NCBI RefSeq assembly: GCF_000196355.1
Contig: NC_007617.1
Span: 1-14,159 of the forward strand
DNA: 14,159 bases
Source of the DNA: Nitrosospira multiformis ATCC 25196
Lineage (GTDB): Bacteria; Pseudomonadota; Gammaproteobacteria; Burkholderiales; Nitrosomonadaceae
Direction of reading: 5' to 3'
The notes below the pieces were generated by a model. It was not told where the DNA came from and did no database searches. It saw only the letters and a list, made by a program, of their open reading frames with translations. Both the position numbers and the translations under genes were made by a program. Each line of letters opens with the position of its first letter. Position 1 is the first letter of the stretch. Positions 1 to 6,451 of the stretch are shown piece by piece.

Positions 1-653
1 CATCCTTCGACAGTAATTTTTATATTCGATGGATCAACACCAAATGTCATTGCGAGGCGACGCTTCGCTTCGCTGATGGTAAGAGTCTCATCATCAGCGT
101 TCAATTCGTTGATCTTGCTAGCAGTCAACTGCTTATCTGATACCTGGACCTGCTCTAAAGGTACTCTTGCGATTTCGGTGCCTATTCCTGCACCTCCGCC
201 GACATGAGTTACAGGATTCTCTGCATCAGGCTCATAAAGAGGCAGCCATATCCCTTGTCCCATCGGAAGAGAATAACCTGCTGCACGACGCGCGGCGAAA
301 GCCCGATCAAAACGCTCCCGCAAATCATCACCTTCAATCATATGAACTCGCGCGAGTTCTGAATTATCAGGATCAACAGAAATCACGATTACCTTGTCAA
401 CATCAGAAAGAGTGGTCCACTGTTTGTTACCCTCCGGAGGAAAGGCAATCCAAGTGTCTTGGGTTGTCCGAATGCTAGTGATGTAGCTTTTCTTGCCTTT
501 CGTGATACGCCTGACACTACCCTTTCCAATTTTTGGAATTCGCTCAACGGTCCAGCCATCACCCTCTAGTGTTTCAACGCCAATCTGGAACAGACGTCTC
601 CTTATTAAAGTTCTTTTTGTATTATCGAAAGTATCCTCTGAAGTATTTTCCAT
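1..653 (-). CDS. Uncharacterised protein of at least 217 aa, running off the left edge
   Basis: Reverse complement from ATG at 653 is open to base 1: MENTSEDTFDNTKRTLIRRRLFQIGVETLEGDGWTVERIPKIGKGSVRRITKGKKSYITSIRTTQDTWIAFPPEGNKQW...LTISEAKRRLAMTFGVDPSNIKITVEG. Absent from the ORF track, probably because it lacks a stop inside the window. No clear Shine-Dalgarno sequence. Confidence 0.8.
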   Translation of the reverse strand, partial: MENTSEDTFDNTKRTLIRRRLFQIGVETLEGDGWTVERIPKIGKGSVRRITKGKKSYITSIRTTQDTWIAFPPEGNKQWTTLSDVDKVIVISVDPDNSELARVHMIEGDDLRERFDRAFAARRAAGYSLPMGQGIWLPLYEPDAENPVTHVGGGAGIGTEIARVPLEQVQVSDKQLTASKINELNADDETLTISEAKRRLAMTFGVDPSNIKITVEG

Positions 654-889
654 TTTGTTTAAAACAATTAAGTAATAACGTAGTAAATATATTTTATTCC
701 TATAATAAACGCAATAGTTTTTTTAATTTTTTAGTATTTACTATAAATACTGATTACTGGTAGCTAACTTATCGTTAGTGAGGCAAAATGGGTCCCTTTT
801 GCTACACTCAAACACACAATGCAAGGCATTGTTTTTTTTGGCCTCTGCTGTTGCATAAGGGTTGTGCGAAATAAAGGGGGAAGAAATTC

Positions 890-1444
890 ATGAAAATCGG
901 CTATGCGCGGGTTTCCACCGATGACCAGAATCTTGACCTGCAGCTGGACGCTTTAACCAAGGCGGGATGCGAGCAGGTATTTACCGATCACGGCGTCAGC
1001 GGAGCCACCATCGAGCGTGAAGGACTGTCCCAGGCAATTGCCGCAGTCGGGAAAGGCGATGTGCTGGTTGTGTGGAAGCTGGACCGTCTGGGCCGGTCTT
1101 TGAGTTTTCTGATTGAGCTGATAGAGAAGCTGCGAAACGAAGGCGCCGGCTTCGAGAGCCTGTCGGATGGGATCGACACCACGACTGCTGGGGGTAAGCT
1201 GGTATTTCACATCATGGGTGCGTTGGCGGAATTTGAGCGCTCATTGATATCTGAGCGCTCGAAGGCCGGGATGCAGGCAGCCAGGCGGCGAGGAAAGCAT
1301 ATAGGCCGTCCACACAAGTTGAGCCGGGAGCAGATCAGCCATGCAGCTCAGATGATCCAGGAGGGACGGGAAACCGTATCCGGCATGGCCGGGCTGCTGA
1401 GTGTGGATCGAGCTACTTTATACCGTGCATTGAATCGAAAGTAA
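890..1444 (+). CDS. Serine recombinase, resolvase/invertase family (Tn3 resolvase-like)
   Basis: 184 aa; MKIGYARVSTDDQNLDLQLDAL, VWKLDRLGRSL, FHIMGALAEFERSLISERS and a C-terminal HTH (SGMAGLLSVDRATLYRAL) are hallmark resolvase motifs. Confidence 0.95.
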   Translation: MKIGYARVSTDDQNLDLQLDALTKAGCEQVFTDHGVSGATIEREGLSQAIAAVGKGDVLVVWKLDRLGRSLSFLIELIEKLRNEGAGFESLSDGIDTTTAGGKLVFHIMGALAEFERSLISERSKAGMQAARRRGKHIGRPHKLSREQISHAAQMIQEGRETVSGMAGLLSVDRATLYRALNRK

Positions 1445-1516
1445 GTTATTTGATAACCGTGATCATCGCACCGGATTGCTGCAACGCAAGGCCAGCAGCA
1501 GAGGTGGTCCTCGTCC

Positions 1517-1858
1517 TTAAGCGATAGCCAGCGTCAAGTGCCCGACTGGCTCGGTTGTTGGCTTTACCTTGATTTCGATGTCATACCCCAGGCGATTCAA
1601 GCAGTCCATCAGCTTACGCTCGGACAAACCGGTGAAGTCGCCACGCAGTAGCGCAGATACTTTAGGTTGCGGAATGCCCATCCGACGGCTGGCCTCTTCT
1701 TGAGTCAGACCACGTTTACGCACAGCTCGGGTGATTTCGATCACCAGGGCAGACTTGATCTTGAGTTTTTCGGCATTCGGCAAGCCCAGATCGGCAAAAA
1801 TGTTGCCGGAACTGGTCTCAGCCTCAATGCCTTCAACGATGCGCTTTTGCTTTTTCAT
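1517..1858 (-). CDS. XRE/HigA-like antitoxin
   Basis: HTH segment ITRAVRKRGLTQEEASRRMGIPQPKVSALLRGDF. The ORF opens at 1876, but ATG at 1858 (MKKQKRIVEG) has the SD-like AAGGAG upstream (caaaggagctacgacATG) and overlaps the toxin 3' end by 26 nt. Confidence 0.88.
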   Translation of the reverse strand: MKKQKRIVEGIEAETSSGNIFADLGLPNAEKLKIKSALVIEITRAVRKRGLTQEEASRRMGIPQPKVSALLRGDFTGLSERKLMDCLNRLGYDIEIKVKPTTEPVGHLTLAIA

Positions 1859-2219
1859 GTCGTAGCTCCTTTGCAAGTGCCTCGGCCACCTTCAGTCTGG
1901 CGCGGATAATATCTATGTCCTCCTTCGGCGTTGTGATTCCGCTCTTGCTCTTCTTCTGGAAGCAGTGCAGGACGAACACGGCTTCCTCGAATTTCACGGT
2001 ATAGACAGCGCGATAAGTCCCACCCGCATCATCTTCGACTACTTCCAAGACACCAGCGCCACTGAAGCCCTTGAGCACTTTGGCCGCGCCGTGTCGATCA
2101 CCGTGCTGTGCGAAATCCAGGGCGTGACCGAAAAATTTGCGTACCTTGGTCGGAAACACCATCAGATCTTTCTTACTGCTCCCGATCCAGACGAGTGATT
2201 TTTCTTCTTCATCAGTCAT
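1833..2219 (-). CDS. HigB-like toxin, phage-derived Gp49-like family (RelE superfamily)
   Basis: 128 aa; VRKFFGHALDFAQHGDRHGAAKVLKGFSGAGVLEVVEDDAGGTYRAVYTVKFEEAVFVLHCFQKKSKSGITTPKEDIDIIRARLKVAE; toxin-first order with overlapping XRE antitoxin. Confidence 0.9.
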   Translation of the reverse strand: MTDEEEKSLVWIGSSKKDLMVFPTKVRKFFGHALDFAQHGDRHGAAKVLKGFSGAGVLEVVEDDAGGTYRAVYTVKFEEAVFVLHCFQKKSKSGITTPKEDIDIIRARLKVAEALAKELRHEKAKAHR

Positions 2220-2226
2220 AGCATAT

Positions 2227-2244
2227 TATACCAAAATAGGTATA
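2227..2244. promoter_or_regulatory. Putative autoregulatory operator of the toxin-antitoxin pair
   Basis: Perfect dyad TATACC-AAAATA-GGTATA, 8 bp upstream of the toxin ATG. Confidence 0.55.
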
Positions 2245-2306
2245 AAAAGTAATCGTAGTGTAGGGCCTTACAATCGAATGCTTGGTTCATTTGTAATGAA
2301 TTAAAT

Positions 2307-2364
2307 TCTAGCAGCTAGACTATATCTAGCAGCTAGAATAAAATATTTATTTCTAGCTGCTAGA
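2307..2364. repeat. Partition operator/centromere-like repeats, upstream array
   Basis: TCTAGCAGCTAGA at 2307-2319 and 2325-2337 (18-bp phasing) and inverted TCTAGCTGCTAGA at 2352-2364, immediately upstream of the parA-like gene. Confidence 0.75.
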
Positions 2365-2375
2365 TAGGAGTTTTT

Positions 2376-3008
2376 ATGGCCGCAATTGTTGCATTCGTTT
2401 CCCAAAAAGGTGGGGTTGGGAAAAGTACTCTCTCCCGCGCGTTAGCGCGTGAAGTCGCGGTAGGTGGTTTACGGGTAAAAGTTGCAGACTTGGATACTCA
2501 GCAAGGAACATCAGTTGATTGGCATCGTCTACGATTATCCCAAGGGATTGAGCCAATCGTATCAGTAGAGGCATTTGCCACCGCTGCACAAGCGCTTGAA
2601 GCTGCAAAAGGTTTTGATTTACTTATCATTGATGGGCCAGCCCGCACTAGTCAAGCCACACTTGATATTGCCAAGGCGGCCGATTTGATTGTGCAGCCAT
2701 CAGGCCCGTCGCGGGATGATCTAATCCCGGCAGTACGTGAATTCCACGCATTGACGAAAGCTGGCATCCCGAATGAGCGCCTTGCGTTCGCCTTGAATCG
2801 AGTTGGTACTTCCGCTGAGGAAGTGGCGGCACGAGCCTACTTGGAACAAGCTGGATATACGGTCTTAGCCGGTACCTTGCGTGATAGACCAGCTTACCGG
2901 CAAGCACAAAACACAGGTCACAGCATTACCGAAACCAGATTTGCAGGACTGAATGAACGCGCCGATACTCTGATTCAATCGCTTATTGACCGGGTGACTA
3001 ATGGCTGA
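2376..3008 (+). CDS. parA: ParA family partition ATPase
   Basis: 210 aa; deviant Walker A KGGVGKSTL (FVSQKGGVGKSTLSRAL), VADLDTQQGTSVDW, LLIIDGPA; AGGAG upstream. Confidence 0.95.
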   Translation: MAAIVAFVSQKGGVGKSTLSRALAREVAVGGLRVKVADLDTQQGTSVDWHRLRLSQGIEPIVSVEAFATAAQALEAAKGFDLLIIDGPARTSQATLDIAKAADLIVQPSGPSRDDLIPAVREFHALTKAGIPNERLAFALNRVGTSAEEVAARAYLEQAGYTVLAGTLRDRPAYRQAQNTGHSITETRFAGLNERADTLIQSLIDRVTNG

Positions 3009-3315
3009 TGTATCGAAACTCAAGACGCTAAAAGGACGTCGCTCAAACTTAGGCGACCCCCCATCTTTGGATGAAGCCAGCAATAATCTGAACGCACCAG
3101 AGATTGCACCGGCGCCTTCCCTGTCTTCAAAAGCACTAGGGGGAAAGATTGACGGTCGTACTGCTCGCCGTACGAACAGAACCGTCCAATTTGCTACCCG
3201 TGTTACCCCAGACTGGGATGCGCGTATCAGGGCTATAGCTGACCGCGAAGGGATAAAACTGGTTGAAGTTTTGGAAAGGGCGCTAGATTACTATGAATTA
3301 AAATCTAGCCGATAG
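3001..3315 (+). CDS. Small ribbon-helix-helix-type partition partner (ParB/ParG-like function)
   Basis: 104 aa; starts 8 nt inside the parA 3' end; basic N-terminus and C-terminal RTVQFATRVTPDWDARIRAIADREGIKLVEVLERALDYYE resembling an RHH/CopG fold. Confidence 0.75.
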   Translation: MADVSKLKTLKGRRSNLGDPPSLDEASNNLNAPEIAPAPSLSSKALGGKIDGRTARRTNRTVQFATRVTPDWDARIRAIADREGIKLVEVLERALDYYELKSSR

Positions 3316-3345
3316 ATAGCAGCTAGATAAAAACTAGCAGCTAGA
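3304..3345. repeat. Partition operator/centromere-like repeats, downstream array
   Basis: GATAGCAGCTAGA 3315-3327 and ACTAGCAGCTAGA 3333-3345 (18-bp phasing), plus degenerate TCTAGCCGATAGA 3304-3316 across the stop codon. Confidence 0.7.
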
Positions 3346-3426
3346 TTGGTAATTTGCATCATCTATGATTGAGAAGAACATTCCACTCAAGCATGAGCAA
3401 TCATATTAATCACTAACTGAGTAACT

Positions 3427-4659
3427 ATGGTATCTGACAAGAACGATGGGCCAAAATCCAAAGTAACTATGGCTTATGCCTTGGAATTGGTAGAGATCGA
3501 GGAGCAATTGGCAGCGCTGGAGCGTACGAATCAACGTCTCCAAGCAATGGCCGAGCGATCCTCGAACAATCCTGATCTTGAGCGCCGCAGAAATGAAATT
3601 ATCGACAAAGCAGCTCCGTTAGAACGACGTAGACAAGCAATCATTGCTGCGGAAGAGGCTGCCGCGGAAGTTTATGTCATGCACGGAGAAACTAGATCTA
3701 CTCCTAACTTATTTAGCGACATTCAGCCTGAATTAGGTTTCTTGGCCGATATTCAGAGCGAGGTCAAAAAAGTCGAAGAGGATAGGAGCAAAAAGCGGGA
3801 ACGATCCAAGCTACTGCCAGCTCGTTACACAAATCAGGATTTCTTTGTTGCAGATATCCTCGGCTATTCGCTCAAGGACGACCACGCCACAATGGAGGCC
3901 CCCGTTTTTTCACTTAAGACTCAGAAAGATCTCACTCCTTGGGAATGGACAAGTAAAGACGGTACAAAGCACATCGAGGTATCGCCTTCGGTCAAATATG
4001 GGCGAGCTACCCAGCATGACAAGGATATTTTGATCTTTGTTACCTCGCAAATGACGGAAGCCCTGAATCGTGAGCGGCCAGACACCCAAAGTCGGGCCGT
4101 GCGTTTTACCGTACATAATTATCTCGTGGCAACCAACAAACCTACAGGGGGGGTGGAATATCAACGACTTGAACGAGCACTGGATAGACTCAAGGGAACA
4201 ACGATTAAAACCGACATCAAGACTGGTAACAAGCGCGTTAAAGAAGCATTTGGCATTCTCGATTCTTGGGCAATCATTGAGCGTTCGTCAAGTGATGAAC
4301 GCATGATTGCTGTTGAAATCACCTTATCCAAGTGGCTTTATAACGCAATCCACGCACACGAAGTGCTAACGATCCATCCTGACTATTTTCGGTTACGCAA
4401 ACCCTTGGAGAGGCGTTTATACGAGTTAGCCAGAAAGCACTGTGGCAGCAAGCAGTCAAGCTGGAAAATCGGACTTGAATTACTACGGGAGAAGTGTGGG
4501 GCGCAGAGTCACATCCGCGCCTTCCGAAATCAGGTACAGGAGATCAGTAATGCTCATACACTGCCTGAATACCACTTGATCTACGAGCGGGAAGCAGATC
4601 AAGTTACTTTCTACGTTAAAAATCAACAGAAGCTCATCTCTTCTTATTTATGTCGCTGA
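3427..4659 (+). CDS. Plasmid replication initiator protein (RPA/RepA-type, winged-helix initiator)
   Basis: 410 aa; KYGRATQHDKDILIFVTSQM, AVRFTVHNYLVATNKPTGGVEYQRLERALDRLKGTTIKTDI, HPDYFRLRKPLERRLYELARKHCG; iterons directly downstream. Confidence 0.92.
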   Translation: MVSDKNDGPKSKVTMAYALELVEIEEQLAALERTNQRLQAMAERSSNNPDLERRRNEIIDKAAPLERRRQAIIAAEEAAAEVYVMHGETRSTPNLFSDIQPELGFLADIQSEVKKVEEDRSKKRERSKLLPARYTNQDFFVADILGYSLKDDHATMEAPVFSLKTQKDLTPWEWTSKDGTKHIEVSPSVKYGRATQHDKDILIFVTSQMTEALNRERPDTQSRAVRFTVHNYLVATNKPTGGVEYQRLERALDRLKGTTIKTDIKTGNKRVKEAFGILDSWAIIERSSSDERMIAVEITLSKWLYNAIHAHEVLTIHPDYFRLRKPLERRLYELARKHCGSKQSSWKIGLELLREKCGAQSHIRAFRNQVQEISNAHTLPEYHLIYEREADQVTFYVKNQQKLISSYLCR

Positions 4660-4769
4660 CGCTTAATTCGTTATATCGCTGACATTGTGGATTGACTCGT
4701 TATATCGCTGACACTTTCCTGTGGATTGACTCGTTATATCGCTGACGCGTGACTCGTTATATCGCTGAC
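4645..4769. repeat. Iteron array of the vegetative origin
   Basis: Core TCGTTATATCGCTGAC at 4668-4683, 4697-4712, 4731-4746, 4754-4769; degenerate copy TATTTATGTCGCTGAC at 4645-4660 overlapping the rep stop codon. Confidence 0.93.
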
Positions 4770-4892
4770 ACTCTATTCGCAAAGCACTATACTTTACAGT
4801 CACTTAATAGGTATATTTCCTACCGTAACACGCGCGCGTTTTTTAACTTATAAAATCTTTAACACCTCGCCCCCCACTCCAGCTGTGGATAA
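4645..4892. other. oriV: Putative oriV: iterons, AT-rich stretch and DnaA box
   Basis: Iterons, then AT-rich gttttttaacttataaaatctttaa, then DnaA box TGTGGATAA at 4884-4892. Confidence 0.85.
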
Positions 4893-4944
4893 CACATCTC
4901 CAGCAATTAAATTCCCAATTTAAAGGAATTTATCGACGCCCCCT

Positions 4945-4968
4945 GAAGGGGGCCAAAAGACCCCCTTC
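4945..4968. terminator. Strong hairpin, possible terminator or structured element
   Basis: Perfect inverted repeat GAAGGGGG (4945-4952) / CCCCCTTC (4961-4968); no clear T-run. Confidence 0.3.
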
Positions 4969-5515
4969 CAGTTTCACCTTTTGTACTTTGCCCGCTTGTG
5001 TTTCTCATCTTTTTCAAAAGATACAAAAGCCATCTTCCGAACCTTAAGCAGAGCATGAGGGCAATCCAGGTGGCTCAGCTGCCATAGTTCCTTAGCAGCT
5101 GACCTGAGCCTTACGGCTCACCCTCATGGGCACCAGGACCCGGACAAATCAGCCCCAGCCTGCAAGCAGGCTGGGAGCTTCAGCCGGGTTTCTGTGGAAA
5201 TTGCCCTTTGTCCATTCAGCTATCCCTTGCACGTCCTCAAAACCTGTCTTCAGGAGGAAGGGGCAAGGTGGAGCTGGGATTCATGCAGAAATACCCTTCA
5301 GATGCGTTCTCAAGGCTGTGGAGCGCATTTCTACCTCAAGCTGAAGGAAATCTATCTCTTTTCCTATTAAACGCTCCAAAGGGCTTTAAAAGCCTTTTTG
5401 TGAAAGACACTTTCCTGGAACAGCTGTTTTCGCCTTCAAGGCAGGGTCAAGGCGGGTGCCAAGCCCCCCGAGAGGGCATGGCCTTGAGGCTGCCTGAAGC
5501 GACACACGCTAAGAC

Positions 5516-5560
5516 CAGGGGTGCAGGGAGGGTTTGACCGCAGGTCTCCCTGCACCCCTG
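5516..5560. repeat. 15-bp perfect inverted repeat
   Basis: CAGGGGTGCAGGGAG (5516-5530) / CTCCCTGCACCCCTG (5546-5560), 15-nt centre. Confidence 0.9.
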
Positions 5561-5664
5561 CCCCGTGGCGAACGCGGGGCGTGGGGCAGCGCCCCAGGTA
5601 CTTGCGCAGCAATTGCAACAAACCAGAAAATTCCTGCATGAACCCTGTATTTATTTGCAGCACC

Positions 5665-5738
5665 CGATATTCTTTTTGGAATGTTTCGATATTTTTTTGA
5701 AGTAACCGATATTTTTCAGAAGTGCTCGATATATTTCT
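5665..5738. repeat. Phased direct repeats, iteron-like (CGATAT motif)
   Basis: CGATAT at 5665, 5687, 5707 and 5727 (spacing 22/20/20), each followed by a T-rich run and, in copies 1-3, a GAA/AGAA-type tail. Confidence 0.75.
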
Positions 5739-5820
5739 GTTAAAAAGTTGACGGGTTATCCAGCACCCTCCCTTGATCAGGAATTTGGCGCTGACAGGGC
5801 TTGAGCACTCCTGCTGACCG

Positions 5821-6252
5821 TCAACCCTTCATTTTTTCTGCCAGCAGGGCATCGCCCTTGCGCTTCCACTGTGCTTTGCGCTCATCCTCAGGGGCTACCC
5901 TGGAGAGTTCCATGAGCGCGCCCAGGAGCTCTCCCCGATCCAGGAGCGGCATACCGGTTTTTGAATCCACCAGGCCTGCCAGGATCATCAGGCCTGCGGC
6001 GTTATAGAGCTCGCGGTCGCGTGCTTTTCGTGTTGCGAGCTTTTCCGCATTCACGATCCTGGCGGCATTGGCCCGTGCCTTCTGTGCACGTTCCGCTGCT
6101 TTTTCCGCGCGCACGAGTGCCAGAAGTTTGCGTTCATCCTCTGGCGTCCTGTCCGGCTTGTCTGCCAGCAGCAGCAATAGCCGCTGGTGGTCAGTGGGGT
6201 GTTTGAGTCCCCGCAAGTAAGCCAGCCGTCCCTTGAGCCATTCGTCCTGCAT
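5821..6252 (-). CDS. TraD/MobC-like mobilization accessory protein
   Basis: 143 aa; ATRKARDRELYNAAGLMILAGL...DRGELLGALMELSRV resembles the conjugal transfer TraD family; SD (gaggaggccccATG); divergent from the relaxase across oriT. Confidence 0.7.
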   Translation of the reverse strand: MQDEWLKGRLAYLRGLKHPTDHQRLLLLLADKPDRTPEDERKLLALVRAEKAAERAQKARANAARIVNAEKLATRKARDRELYNAAGLMILAGLVDSKTGMPLLDRGELLGALMELSRVAPEDERKAQWKRKGDALLAEKMKG

Positions 6253-6322
6253 GGGGCCTCCTCATTGTTGAGAACCAGTCGATTGTAGCGGAAAACTTGG
6301 CAGCAGGCACAGACTGAAGTAT

Positions 6323-6386
6323 CCTTGTAATACACAAGGCGCGCTTAGTTGTTTCTTTGGATGGTAAGACCCTCATCCATAGAAAC
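6323..6386 (-). other. oriT: Origin of transfer (oriT), MOBQ/RSF1010-type
   Basis: Minus strand: GTTTCTATGGATG-agggtcttac-CATCCAAAGAAAC (12/13 inverted repeat) then AACTAAGCGCG|CCTTGT, like the RSF1010/pIP501-type TAAGTGCG|CCCT nic core; lies between accessory and relaxase genes. Confidence 0.88.
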
Positions 6387-6411
6387 ACGCGAACAAGAAA
6401 AGCAAAGATCA

Positions 6412-6426
6412 GGCCGCTTCGCGGCC
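6412..6426. promoter_or_regulatory. Short hairpin in the relaxase leader
   Basis: GGCCGC-TTC-GCGGCC perfect dyad, 25 bp before the relaxase start. Confidence 0.35.
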
Positions 6427-6451
6427 AAACAAACAATGGAGAACACCCGGC

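Noticed and set aside
167-763. Plus-strand ORFs 167-478, 493-675, 533-763
   Set aside because: 167-478 lies fully opposite the better minus-strand CDS at 1-653 and the other two mostly so; compositions look random.
1833-1876. Antitoxin start at 1876 as in the ORF track
   Set aside because: The ATG at 1858 has a well-placed AAGGAG sequence and gives the usual short overlap with the toxin.
5126-5663. ORFs 5126-5344, 5208-5537 and 5436-5663 (minus)
   Set aside because: Short, mutually overlapping, no convincing SD or domain, and cross the perfect inverted repeats; treated as non-coding, though a small protein cannot be excluded.
4645-5740. CRISPR-like array
   Set aside because: Repeats are short with irregular or near-contiguous spacing, lack unique 30-40 bp spacers, and have no cas genes; they are iterons or iteron-like.
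5801-6335. Plus-strand ORFs 5801-6007 and 5961-6206 and minus-strand ORF 6051-6335
   Set aside because: Overlap the TraD/MobC-like CDS in other frames or strand; no motif support.
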